From Nitrospirota bacterium (GTDB lineage Bacteria > Nitrospirota > UBA9217), in the NCBI GenBank assembly GCA_963737155.1, contig CAVTRN010000002.1, positions 896,001-960,000 on the forward strand: a stretch of DNA of 64,000 nt, in the 5' to 3' direction. The translations under genes and the position numbers were made by a program. The notes beneath the pieces are model-generated. The model was not told the DNA's origin and searched no databases. It worked only from the letters and a program-made list of their open reading frames with translations. Positions 1 through 10,181 of this stretch are shown here, piece after piece. Position 1 is the first letter of the stretch, and every line of letters starts with the position of its first letter.

Positions 1-614
1 GCTCGCATGCAATAATCAACATCTTCACCAAGATGAAAGTAGGACTCATCCAGATAGCCTGTATTATCAAGACAGCGCCGGGAAATTAGCATGGAGCAGC
101 CGGGAATGTATAGTTTTTCCGAACAGTTCTGGGGCGAATCATGTTCAGCTTGAATATGACGTGCATCTCCTGTATTGACATTAAATACACCACCCATTGC
201 CCAGACCTTTTCTGGTCGATTAAAGTAAAAAATCTTTGATCCGACTATCCCGATGTCACAGCCTTTCGCCACCAGAACCATTTCCGTGAGTGTTTGGGGT
301 TCCACGACCGTATCATTGTTGAGAAGCCATACGAGTTCTGCGTCTTGTTTGATAGCTTGTCTGATGCCCAGGTTACTCCCTGCCGCAAATCCTAAATTTG
401 ATGCGACTTGAATAAGCAATATATCCTGATACTGTTTTTGCAACTTTAAAGCGGAATCGTCCGATGACCCGTTATCGATGACAACAATGCGGAAATTGGC
501 GTAGGCCAATCTCCTCAGGGAACCAATGCATTCGGCGGTATCATCAAACCTGTTCCAGTTCACCAAAATAATACACACGAAGGGCTGATTACTTTGAGCG
601 CTCGATAAATTCAC
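1..614 (-). CDS. GT2 family glycosyltransferase (3' end runs off window)
   Basis: Hand translation from GTG at 614 with GGAG upstream: ...IILVNWNRFDDTAECIGSL...VVIDNGSSD...NLGFAAGSNLG...LLNNDT...GCSMLI...GEDVDYCMRA. Confidence 0.85.
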   Translation of the reverse strand, partial: MNLSSAQSNQPFVCIILVNWNRFDDTAECIGSLRRLAYANFRIVVIDNGSSDDSALKLQKQYQDILLIQVASNLGFAAGSNLGIRQAIKQDAELVWLLNNDTVVEPQTLTEMVLVAKGCDIGIVGSKIFYFNRPEKVWAMGGVFNVNTGDARHIQAEHDSPQNCSEKLYIPGCSMLISRRCLDNTGYLDESYFHLGEDVDYCMR

Positions 615-666
615 AAGTCCCTCCGGTACAATACTTCAATCGGAATGAGTAGACATACTGCATATA

Positions 667-2256
667 TTATATGTGTGCTTTAATTACAAATTTGCCGATT
701 TTTCTTACTTCAACATAGTTATTCTTAATGTATTTGTTCACAAAATTTGCGTAGTTAACAATTTTTCTGCTTTCTAAGCCGTCATACGACGCATTAGGTT
801 CTTCAACAACGAGTGCAACATTATCTTTAATTAATCGACTAACCATAACCCTCTGATCTTCATCCGACGAGAAATAGCCTGGAGCCAGTAGCATCTGCCC
901 ACCACCAAATTTTCTTTCGGCAAAATAATAAAATGATGTAAAAAAAGGTATTGCTAAAATATATTGGTCTTTATGAGTGTTATTCTTAATGTACTCAATT
1001 GTTTGCAGATATTCGTTTGCAGGGTCATTAGCTTTAACAATGTCCAATATTTCATTCTTATTTCCCAATAGGGACTGTAAATTTGTAATTACAGACTTAA
1101 TATTAGCATTAGGTAACATGTCCAAGTTTTTACTTAAAAGCACACTAAGCCCTCCCACAAAAATAAAGGTGATGGCACATGATGCTCGTCCCATTTTTGC
1201 TTTCCATGTTCCTTGAGAATAATTTGTTATCACAATGCTTAAAAGCCATGCAATTAGTACATAATCAATAATTATAGATTGCAATAAATGCCCAAAATCT
1301 GATCTGTGCATTGCTTGGACGAGGGTAAATTGTGACAAGAGAATTGCGACGAGGATTTTGAACTTTTCAGATTGCATTAATTTACTTTTTTGACTAACCA
1401 ATACTGTTAGCGACACCAATGGTATGATATTATAAAATACAAACAAGATAAATATGATGTTATTATTCGATGTAACGGATTGATTATCTTGATAATATGG
1501 GAATGGTATTGATAGTCCTATACCTTGATGCAATATCCCAGATAACGTATCACCTATATAATTTCCTAAGCCTCCTTTATACAACGCCCATAATAACCAA
1601 GGAGAAGCAAAACAAATAATCGCCAGTAAGAACATACTTAAGGTTTTTAGTATTTCAATAGTCTGGTGTTTAAAATTGACTAATAATATCGTCATAAATC
1701 CGCAGAGGGCAGTATAGACTCCAAAATCAAGTCTATATAAACCAGTAATCACAATTGCAAACGCCATAAGAACCATGGACTTAATACTCTTGTAATCTAT
1801 GTATTCCCACGCTGAAAACAATGTCAAGACAGGGCCTAGCGCAATATAATACTTATAAAACCTTGGCATAAGCATCAAAGCAAAACATAGACATATAACC
1901 GAAATGCTAAGTTTTTTACTGACAGCAACAAATAATTTAAACAGCAATAAATATGCAGCTAGATATCCGGAAATAACAAGTAATATCTCGCCTATAATTC
2001 TATTATCAGAAACAATCTGACCAAAAGCACTTGCATAAAACGTCAATGGGCCATATGAGCTTCGGAAATCAATAAACGGATGCTCTCCGGATAAAATCTG
2101 CATAGCACCAGTGAGTTGATGCCCTCCATCAGGATCACTAATGAAGTATTCGGGGTTCGGTACTTTAGTCGATAGAAACAGCAAAATGGAAAATCCAACC
2201 AAAAGTATTATCGTACGGGCATTATTACTATTTATTGAATTGCCATCTCTATTCAT
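667..2256 (-). CDS. Polytopic membrane protein, probable GT-C fold glycosyltransferase
   Basis: 529 aa, many hydrophobic segments, acidic motif (SDPDGG) after TM1, PFIDF..SYGPL loop, soluble C-terminal domain; very AT-rich. Confidence 0.55.
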   Translation of the reverse strand: MNRDGNSINSNNARTIILLVGFSILLFLSTKVPNPEYFISDPDGGHQLTGAMQILSGEHPFIDFRSSYGPLTFYASAFGQIVSDNRIIGEILLVISGYLAAYLLLFKLFVAVSKKLSISVICLCFALMLMPRFYKYYIALGPVLTLFSAWEYIDYKSIKSMVLMAFAIVITGLYRLDFGVYTALCGFMTILLVNFKHQTIEILKTLSMFLLAIICFASPWLLWALYKGGLGNYIGDTLSGILHQGIGLSIPFPYYQDNQSVTSNNNIIFILFVFYNIIPLVSLTVLVSQKSKLMQSEKFKILVAILLSQFTLVQAMHRSDFGHLLQSIIIDYVLIAWLLSIVITNYSQGTWKAKMGRASCAITFIFVGGLSVLLSKNLDMLPNANIKSVITNLQSLLGNKNEILDIVKANDPANEYLQTIEYIKNNTHKDQYILAIPFFTSFYYFAERKFGGGQMLLAPGYFSSDEDQRVMVSRLIKDNVALVVEEPNASYDGLESRKIVNYANFVNKYIKNNYVEVRKIGKFVIKAHI

Positions 2257-2290
2257 AGCTTAAGTATTCCAGAAGTTTAAATTTAACCAA

Positions 2291-3169
2291 TTATTTCTTT
2301 TCGCAGATTACAGTTTGTAAATAAGTCTGCTTGCTTATCAGTCCGAACAAAAAAATGACCATAACGCTCAGTCTGACCAATAAATCTAATACCGCTGATT
2401 TTACACCAGTGTCAATAGCTGCATATGAAATATTATGATTTATTGTCCTAATACTCGATAAACCACTCATGTCCAGCAATTTATTCAAAGAAGAATGATT
2501 AAAGTGATTAAGATGATGTTTGTCGTATAACCTTTGATAAGGCTTATTTATGCCTAGTTTTTTCAGCAAACGTGATAACTGGTATAATATGCTGCGATCA
2601 TTTAAAGTCATGATAATTATGAAGCCATTTTCTGCACACAAATTTTTCAATAATTCTACATATGCAATGGGATCAGGCATATGCTCTATGACTGCCAACG
2701 TTACGACTACATCATACTTTTTATCTAATTTAATATTAAAAGCATCGCTTTGTATAAATTTGATACCATTCATATCATCATTCTTAGTAATATCTATTCC
2801 TGTTAGCGTGAGGATAGGATTATTATTTCTTAAGTATTTCAGGAAATCACCCTTTCCACAGCCTATTTCTATTACAGATTCTACTTGAACCTTGCCGTTA
2901 ATGACCTCACTAATCCTTTCAAACAAGTTAAGGTTAGGGTTCTCAAACCAGTTCTTATGATACTTATTATAATAAAGGTCACTATACTCTTCCATATCAC
3001 TGTGAGCTTTTAATATAGTAAAGCAATGGTCACATCTTGTACACCTGAAAATATTGACATCGGTTAATTCAGCTTCAACCCTACTGTTATAATTACACAC
3101 TGGACACTTTATTTGCAAATCATTCTCCTGTATTTGTATATCACAATATGTCGCTACTCTTTTTTGCAA
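2291..3169 (-). CDS. Class I SAM-dependent methyltransferase with N-terminal Cys (Zn) motif
   Basis: CPVC...CTRC, VIEIGCGKG, YDVVVTLAVIEH, HLNHF. Confidence 0.85.
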   Translation of the reverse strand: MQKRVATYCDIQIQENDLQIKCPVCNYNSRVEAELTDVNIFRCTRCDHCFTILKAHSDMEEYSDLYYNKYHKNWFENPNLNLFERISEVINGKVQVESVIEIGCGKGDFLKYLRNNNPILTLTGIDITKNDDMNGIKFIQSDAFNIKLDKKYDVVVTLAVIEHMPDPIAYVELLKNLCAENGFIIIMTLNDRSILYQLSRLLKKLGINKPYQRLYDKHHLNHFNHSSLNKLLDMSGLSSIRTINHNISYAAIDTGVKSAVLDLLVRLSVMVIFLFGLISKQTYLQTVICEKK

Positions 3170-3842
3170 CTAAATAATATTGTGAACCTAAAGGTAGTTT
3201 TCCAAGACCACGCTCAATATATCTAAATAATTTACCTCTAAACGGGAAAAATATAATATAATTTTCATCTATTATGAACAAATCATTATCGTGCAATAAT
3301 GTTTTAAGCTCCACTTTGCCTATTAGAACGGCATCTTTATCAAATTCACATTTTTTTACAGCATGCCTTGTGAAATAATTTAAAGGATTGTGCTCAAATA
3401 TCATAATTAATCCACCATATTTTGAGACCCTTCTCATCTCAGAAATAAAATAATTCCTTTGCGTTACTTGTAAATGATGCATTACGCATATTGTAAAAAC
3501 AATATCAAATGTATTGTCTTTGAATGGTAGCTTCCCGCCATCATATACTTTATAATCCACAGTCGGGTTTAATATTCTTGCTTTATCAACTGCCTCATGG
3601 GCTACATCTACACCAGATAACATGCTGAATTTATTATTAAGAAATGTATCTGTCTGACCAATGCCACAACCGAGATCAAGTACATTTAATTTGTTAATAT
3701 TACTGCCAAATGTTCTTGCTAATTTTAGAATTAATTCCGCCTTGACTGCTGTAAAAAATTCAACAGTCTGGCCAGAAAAACGAATAGATTTGTCGATTTC
3801 GCTTTTATAAGTATCAGAATATTTGTTAAAATTAGCACACAC
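3141..3842 (-). CDS. Class I SAM-dependent methyltransferase
   Basis: VLDLGCGIG, LPFKDNTFDIV, EHNPLN. Confidence 0.85.
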   Translation of the reverse strand: MCANFNKYSDTYKSEIDKSIRFSGQTVEFFTAVKAELILKLARTFGSNINKLNVLDLGCGIGQTDTFLNNKFSMLSGVDVAHEAVDKARILNPTVDYKVYDGGKLPFKDNTFDIVFTICVMHHLQVTQRNYFISEMRRVSKYGGLIMIFEHNPLNYFTRHAVKKCEFDKDAVLIGKVELKTLLHDNDLFIIDENYIIFFPFRGKLFRYIERGLGKLPLGSQYYLVAKKSSDIL

Positions 3843-3860
3843 ATGAACTCCGTTGCAACT

Positions 3861-4844
3861 TTAGCTAATATCTATCGTAGATAGATTTGAAATAACATCA
3901 GTCTTTCTTTCACGATTATGAATCAACTCTTCAACAAGAAATAATGGCCTGCGCTTCACTTCCTCATATATACGTCCTAAATACTCACCAATAAGACCAA
4001 GACATATGAGGTTGAGTGCACCAAAGACCACTATCGCAACAATCAAAGAAGACCAGCCCGGCACCATGTTTATACCCATAAATATAGATTTCAGCAAGGC
4101 AATGAAGAGATACCCAATAGAAACAATCGTTGCAAACAATGCAGCATAGTATGAGAATCTAAGGGGCCTGGATGACATACTAACAATAGCATCAGCAGCA
4201 AAACGGAGCATTTTCACGAGCGGGTATTTAGTGTTGCCCGCGATTCTTGGTTCCCTTTTGAATTCGATCGACGTTGTTCTAAGCCCTATCCAGCCAACCA
4301 GTCCGCGGAGATAACGGTGGTGTTCTGGCATCCGTTTGAGAGCTTCAAGCGCCCTCCTACTGAGAAGTCTAAAATCCCCAGAATTTTGAGGTGCCCTTGT
4401 TTCGCTGAGAGAACAGATGAGTTTATAGAATAGTTTGGCAGACATAATCTTGAAATAAGAGTCACCCTTCCGTTCAGTGCGAATTCCATAAACTACATCG
4501 TATCCTTCCTGCCATTTCTTTATGAACTCAAGTGTAACTGACAACGGATCTTGTAGATCGGCATCCATGCAAATTATTGCTTCACCACATGCAAGAGCAT
4601 AACCTGCCGTCAGTGCAAACTGATGACCAAAGTTGCGAGTCAGTCTGACAGCAACAAAACGCTGGTCATTGGTAGCTTTGTCTGCAATCATAGCCCATGA
4701 AGTATCCTTGCTTCCGTCATCAACAAGGATTATTTCACTACAGTTTCTAATGGTTTCATGTTCCAGAAATTCAGACAATTCTTTGAATAAGTAGGGGAGT
4801 GCCTTTTCTTCATTATAAATAGGGATGATAAAGCTAAAACGCAT
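3861..4844 (-). CDS. GtrB/DPM1-like polyprenyl-phosphate glycosyltransferase (GT2, two C-terminal TMs)
   Basis: IIPIYNEE, VDDGSKD, RNFGHQ, MDADLQDP, GDFRLLSR, IGEYLGRIYEEVKRRP. Confidence 0.9.
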   Translation of the reverse strand: MRFSFIIPIYNEEKALPYLFKELSEFLEHETIRNCSEIILVDDGSKDTSWAMIADKATNDQRFVAVRLTRNFGHQFALTAGYALACGEAIICMDADLQDPLSVTLEFIKKWQEGYDVVYGIRTERKGDSYFKIMSAKLFYKLICSLSETRAPQNSGDFRLLSRRALEALKRMPEHHRYLRGLVGWIGLRTTSIEFKREPRIAGNTKYPLVKMLRFAADAIVSMSSRPLRFSYYAALFATIVSIGYLFIALLKSIFMGINMVPGWSSLIVAIVVFGALNLICLGLIGEYLGRIYEEVKRRPLFLVEELIHNRERKTDVISNLSTIDIS

Positions 4845-4929
4845 GATATGTGTCTCCGTTGAAGTGATTAGTCATCGCGCTGGAGAGCTTTACTCTTTGA
4901 CATAGCTGTGTACGTAGCTTCAAGATAAG

Positions 4930-5270
4930 AGTATGCATTCGTTCCAAGCATTGATGAAGATAATCCTAGCTCCTTGGAATGGTCCTTTATTTTGTATGCT
5001 GTATGGCGCTGTCATTTCCCGTATTCTTCCAGGCTTGCACCCTTAAAAAATATTTCCGGTGTGACCTCCTGGGAGTAGTGTCCTATCGTGGACAAACGCC
5101 CGGATAACGAGGATACCCTGCATCGGGCACTATCAGATGGGGCCAGATTTCCCCATAGTCGAGAACCACAGGTGCATATCGAGATATTTTATAAAATCTA
5201 TTGCCAACTTCAACAGGTTTATCTTCATGTATTCCAAAAGTCTGTCCCCTTTGGGCGCCGATAATCAACA
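4930..5270 (-). pseudogene. Decayed C-terminal fragment of a WbsX/GH99-like glycosyltransferase domain
   Basis: Fragments across frames: YPRYPGVCPR*DTTPRR, FKGASLEEYGK*, IIFINAWNE. They parallel YKKFRGIFPSWDNESRK / SASPQRYKEW / LIFVNAWNEW in the intact domain at 14898-19667. Confidence 0.7.
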
Positions 5271-5351
5271 GCAGCGTTAATCCCGTTCTGACGCGTGCCC
5301 CAGACTAAGGTGCTGTAGGTTTCTATAGACAGAAGATAAAGTCTTTCAACA

Positions 5352-6302
5352 TTATGGCCAACGCTCAAGATTACCTGCTTCCTGACGGTATACACTTTGG
5401 ATGAAGTGCCAGGTCTTTTCGATGCCGCTCTCTAACGAGGTGAGAGGAGACCAGGAAAGTTCTTTTTTTGCCTTGGTTATATCGAGATAGATCGCTGGTA
5501 TGTCAAAGGTCCGCTTCGCGCTATACTGAGTTCGCACTTCGAGGCCGGTTATCGCGCGAATGACGGAAGCAATTTCATTGAGAGAGTGTCCCGTTCCGCT
5601 TCCCAGGTTAAAAATATGCGATGTTGCGGCCACCATCGATGCGCGGTAAATCCCCTCGACTAGGTCATCAATATAAACGTAGTCGCGCACGACCTCTCCG
5701 TCGCCCCAGATCTCGATGGGTTCGCCTTTGGCGACTTTACCTAGAAAAACAGTTACTGCTCCCTGGATGCCATTCATGTCTTGACGATCGCCGTAGGGGT
5801 TAGAAGGACGCACTATGGTGTAATCGAGGCCATGAAGATGATGGAACAACGCCAGATATTTCTCGATTGCCAGCTTGGTTATTCCGTACGAGCATTCTGG
5901 ATCCGTAGGATCGTCTTCCCGGACTGGCAGCGTCGCAGGTCTACCGTAAATGGTTCCACCTGAAGAAATGAAAATGATTTTTTTGACCTTTTTCTCGACG
6001 CACTGTTCCATCAGGAAAAGGGTTTCAACGACGTTAGACTGGACATCAAAGACGGGATCGTCGTTTGATGTTTTCGGTAGCGTGGTGCAGACAAGATGAT
6101 AAACCATGTCTACGCCGTCCAGCGCTTCGGCCAGCAGACCGCGGTTGCCGAAATCGCCTGACCGGTAATCGACTCCTACCAGAGGCCTGCGGTAACGCTC
6201 CGCGTATTTGTCGAACACGCGCACCCGGTGGCCTTCCTGAAGGAGTTTGTCCACAAGATGCGATCCGATAAAACCGTTCCCACCAAGAACTAAAGTATTC
6301 AT
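5352..6302 (-). CDS. NAD-dependent epimerase/dehydratase (extended SDR, UDP-sugar 4-epimerase-like)
   Basis: GGNGFIG, SSGGTIYG, YGITK catalytic YxxxK, RDYVYIDD; markedly more GC-rich than neighbours. Confidence 0.9.
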   Translation of the reverse strand: MNTLVLGGNGFIGSHLVDKLLQEGHRVRVFDKYAERYRRPLVGVDYRSGDFGNRGLLAEALDGVDMVYHLVCTTLPKTSNDDPVFDVQSNVVETLFLMEQCVEKKVKKIIFISSGGTIYGRPATLPVREDDPTDPECSYGITKLAIEKYLALFHHLHGLDYTIVRPSNPYGDRQDMNGIQGAVTVFLGKVAKGEPIEIWGDGEVVRDYVYIDDLVEGIYRASMVAATSHIFNLGSGTGHSLNEIASVIRAITGLEVRTQYSAKRTFDIPAIYLDITKAKKELSWSPLTSLESGIEKTWHFIQSVYRQEAGNLERWP

Positions 6303-6462
6303 TTTATTATCATCTTTCTATATAAATAGATATTAAACATAAGTACAAATATATTTGGTTAGTTTTGCTTTAATTCCCTTAAAGTTTATTGTAAATTTAT
6401 ATTTATTGAGCAAATAAGTAAGTGTCCGTTAAAACTGCAGCCATCACTTGTTAGAGCGTATA

Positions 6463-7527
6463 TCATTCGGAAAATCCGCCTGTATCTGATTTTGCATAGT
6501 CATGCTGAAAGATAAGATAAACAAGCCCGCCTAACAAACTCCACACCGAAAAAAGTGCAAAAAACAAAATGGAAAAAAGTATCGCTGGTTCTTGCCCCCC
6601 TCCCGTCCGTTTGTCAATAGTTATAACTCCAAATGCCGCAAACATGATGACAAAAGCACCTTCTCGTATGCCGTTTCCACCAATGCTGATAGGAATGCTA
6701 ATGACACAGGTTACAACGGAGAGGATGATTAGAATCTGCATAAAGGTTACATCGAGATGAATAGCCCGCGCGATAGAGTAACCCGCTGTAAAAAAGAAAA
6801 GAAACAAGGCGAAACTACAAAGTATTGCTTTTAATGTCAAATATATTGACTGCCCATGCTGACGAAATCCTGCTATCAGCGATTCAATTATGTCATGCCG
6901 GGGAATCCTTTGCCAGAGTTTATGGGGGAAAAAGGGCAAACTTTTAAAGGGGATAAAAGCGAAGCTTACAGCACTCACCAGCATCAATCCAAATATAATC
7001 AATAATGAATAAACAATATTCCTGGCATCATCACTTTTCATCAATAAACCAAGTTGCCACGGCAGTGCGGCTAGAGCAATGAATAGTAAAATAAACAGAC
7101 CAAGCGCTCGATCCATAATAATCGAGAGCATCGCGTGGGTTTTTTTTGAGGGGGCATATTTTAAGACATAAAGAATCTTGATTACATCGCCTCCCGTCGT
7201 ACCAAGAAGAAACGCATTGAAGAACTGGCCGATTAACGTGAGAGCAGTTACCGTTTTTAGTGGTAGGAAAATGTTCTGCACTTTCAATAAGAACCACCAA
7301 CGAATACTCGCAAAGAGGAAAGAAATTCCCACAAAAAGGCAGGCAGTCAACAACCAAAGGGGATCGCTTTGCATGAATTGCTTGCTCAAAACAGTCCAAT
7401 TAATCTTGAAAACAAAATAGAGCAGAATGGAAATTGTAACAGTAACCCTGATGATAGTCCAACTAGGGGCACGTTTACTTGTTTTATTATCTGTTGGTTG
7501 AACACTATCGATATGCATTACTTGCAC
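6463..7527 (-). CDS. Lysylphosphatidylglycerol-synthase TM / UPF0104 flippase-like membrane protein
   Basis: RWWFLL, GQFFNAFL.GTTGGD.IK, IPISIGGNGIREG family motifs. Confidence 0.8.
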   Translation of the reverse strand: MQVMHIDSVQPTDNKTSKRAPSWTIIRVTVTISILLYFVFKINWTVLSKQFMQSDPLWLLTACLFVGISFLFASIRWWFLLKVQNIFLPLKTVTALTLIGQFFNAFLLGTTGGDVIKILYVLKYAPSKKTHAMLSIIMDRALGLFILLFIALAALPWQLGLLMKSDDARNIVYSLLIIFGLMLVSAVSFAFIPFKSLPFFPHKLWQRIPRHDIIESLIAGFRQHGQSIYLTLKAILCSFALFLFFFTAGYSIARAIHLDVTFMQILIILSVVTCVISIPISIGGNGIREGAFVIMFAAFGVITIDKRTGGGQEPAILFSILFFALFSVWSLLGGLVYLIFQHDYAKSDTGGFSE

Positions 7528-8218
7528 CTAGGGAATAGACAATCATGGTGTTACGGACTAGTCTTTTTTCCCCCATTCTCATAACAGACATGACGTCACC
7601 TCTCGATGTATTTGCAAACGGCAGATGAAAGAAAGATGCCATCAGCGACAGTTGAACGTCACTGACATTGCATTGCCGCATATTGCAAAACGGAAAGCAA
7701 AGTTTCCTTGGTATTATTGAGGGGTTGAACAACAAAGATCAGGGTGATACAGGGCCGACCCTATGGTGATCGAGATGAGGAATATTTTTGTCTCAAAATT
7801 CTGACCTGTATGTTGCCTGACATTTGACCCAAAACGGCTTAAATTAGCGCGCAATTATCGCAAAAAATCCGTAATCATTTACTGATAAAACGTCGAATAC
7901 TATTTGAGGTTAATATGATCAGGGTCTGTTAATCAGTGGTCATGCAGATGGCGATGCCGGATTTTAACGAGTTATCTCTCGTCGCTCCTTCTGTTTTTTT
8001 CTCACCTTGTCATTCTTATTGATTCGTACTATTGTCCCCTTAGTGGCTCTTTTCTTGGAAATGGTTTAGTCCTCGAAAACGAAACGTTACCATCTTATGA
8101 ACCGTTACGTAAAATTTCAACTAACTATAACACTCGTTCTCTTTACCGCATAGGGCAGTCAGTTATGGTGTTCGTGATACATAGCTTACTCAAGGAAAAA
8201 ACCAAACGACAACACGGA

Positions 8219-8920
8219 TTAATCTTTTCTATTCCATTCCCACCATAAGTATTTAGCGAGTTTAATACTTGTGGGCAGAATCTTGAAATGTGTTTCACCA
8301 AAATTACGGGGTATTTCAACTACCGGGAATTCCATCCTTTTCAAACATAGGCGATATGATCTTACCACCATTTCAATATCGATTGATAAACCGTAATCCA
8401 GAATTGCCATTTTTTTGAAGCCTAAAACTGTAAACCCTTTATATCCGTGGAGAACATCTCGGACAAAGTAGCCCTCCCGTTTCCATATCATGGCGGCAAA
8501 TGATGCTAAAAAAAGCACACCCCACTTCCGTGGTTTAAAAAGCCTGTCATCCTCATCATTCCTTGATCCCTTAATATTGCGGCTTGCTATAACCAAATCG
8601 ATTCCATCATGGAAGAAAGAGCGAAATTGAAGTAAACTTTCGGGTGATATCGTTCCTTTTGGGAAAAAAACGACTACTGCATCACAAGTTGATTTCTCAA
8701 CCGCATGGATATACGCTGCATTAAGTCCTTTTTTCGGTTGCAGGTAAACTGGAATATGCTGAGATTCCAGATATTCTGCGGTGCCATCTGTGCTTCCTCC
8801 GTCAATAGCATAGACCTCTTCAAAAGAGGATACTGGTAAGTTTGGCACGTCGATTTTGCAACCTTCCAATTCATTCCACACGATTAAACACAAGGATATT
8901 TTCAACATTCGGTTATTCAC
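8219..8920 (-). CDS. GT2 family glycosyltransferase (DPM-like; canonical DxD appears replaced by FFPKG)
   Basis: IVWNELEG, IDGGSTDGT, DLVIASR, RDVLHGYKGF, EIPRNFGE. Confidence 0.75.
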   Translation of the reverse strand: MNNRMLKISLCLIVWNELEGCKIDVPNLPVSSFEEVYAIDGGSTDGTAEYLESQHIPVYLQPKKGLNAAYIHAVEKSTCDAVVVFFPKGTISPESLLQFRSFFHDGIDLVIASRNIKGSRNDEDDRLFKPRKWGVLFLASFAAMIWKREGYFVRDVLHGYKGFTVLGFKKMAILDYGLSIDIEMVVRSYRLCLKRMEFPVVEIPRNFGETHFKILPTSIKLAKYLWWEWNRKD

Positions 8921-8969
8921 GAAACCTACCCACCCTTTATTTTATACCATTATACAATTTCGGTATCAT

Positions 8970-10181
8970 TTAATGCCGTGCAACATTGCGGGCAGCCTCA
9001 ATAGCACGTTCTACGGCAACGTCAGAATTCATATGTTCCCACAATCCCCACCGACCAAGGGGGACAATATTCTTGCTCTGCGCCCATGATAGTATCCTAT
9101 CTAACGAAACAGGTTTGCCGACCGTATTAACGGGATAGGCGAAAGTATTGCGATGCCTGAATCCAGAGGCGTTTCCAGATCTTTTTGTATTTGTTTCAGT
9201 CCAGTGCCCTTTAGAACCAGAAATAAAATTGTGACGTAGTAATAATCGATGATATGGAACTTCATATGAAGGTTCGTAAACCCAATGAGCGGGGGAATCA
9301 AGCTGATGGGCATGGTAATCTATATCGATTGATGCGTATTGTAGGTCTCTGGCTGCAATGTGCAATGACTGCGGAAGCGCATCCATCTCAAACCATAATC
9401 TCCAAGGAATGGTATTAACAATTACATCTGCTTTTATCCTGCCATTGACAATTTGACGATCTGTGTCAATTGACGCTACGGGACAACCTAGGCGCAGTCG
9501 CTCCCCTAATTCACATCCCATGCGTCGCCAAACTTCTCCGTACCCATGTTGTTTGGGGTAATAAAAGTTTCCATGAGCAGGTAGTGATCCGCTGGATTTC
9601 TTATCAAGACAGGACTGAAGCGTCTCACGGAATGAAACAGAAGGAAGTTTATATAACCAATAAGTTCCAATCTCTTGAACAGGCATCGAAAATAATTTAT
9701 CATTATAGGGGATCATATATTCTTTGGCGATGCGATCACCCAACTTCCATGTAATCCAATCATTGAAACGTTCCGGCTCTGGTACACCATTGACACAACC
9801 TGACTTGGCAATTGATTCCAAAAAATCAACTTGATCAGAGACATGCAGTTGCCAGAGATTTGCTTCTAATGGGTGATCTATTTCCTGGTTGCGGATACGA
9901 ATTCGGGCAATCCTTTCGAAACGATTCCATTCGGATTCGGGCATTAATTCGAAAAGAAAATTCAATACATTTTTTCGCTTGACATCGAGAAAATGTCCGC
10001 CGCCAATATCCAATGGTGAGCCATCAACAATTTTTGATCTGCAAAGTCCTCCAGCTTCGTTTTCCGTCTCCAATACTACAAATGAATCTATGCCATTCCT
10101 ATTTAATTCTCGCGCAAATGAAAGACCGGTGGGACCGGCACCAAGGATACAGAAACGAATATGTTCAAGCAATTTAACCAC
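8970..10181 (-). CDS. FAD-dependent oxidoreductase (HemY-like / UDP-galactopyranose mutase-like fold)
   Basis: ILGAGPTGL, EAGGLCRS, DIGGGH, YPKQHGYG, GRWGLWEHMNSD. Confidence 0.75.
   Translation of the reverse strand: MVKLLEHIRFCILGAGPTGLSFARELNRNGIDSFVVLETENEAGGLCRSKIVDGSPLDIGGGHFLDVKRKNVLNFLFELMPESEWNRFERIARIRIRNQEIDHPLEANLWQLHVSDQVDFLESIAKSGCVNGVPEPERFNDWITWKLGDRIAKEYMIPYNDKLFSMPVQEIGTYWLYKLPSVSFRETLQSCLDKKSSGSLPAHGNFYYPKQHGYGEVWRRMGCELGERLRLGCPVASIDTDRQIVNGRIKADVIVNTIPWRLWFEMDALPQSLHIAARDLQYASIDIDYHAHQLDSPAHWVYEPSYEVPYHRLLLRHNFISGSKGHWTETNTKRSGNASGFRHRNTFAYPVNTVGKPVSLDRILSWAQSKNIVPLGRWGLWEHMNSDVAVERAIEAARNVARH

Noticed and set aside
7530-8215. Long intergenic region with IS-end-like CAGGGTCTGTTAAT near 7920
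   Set aside because: Single short motif, no partner end or transposase remnant recognised
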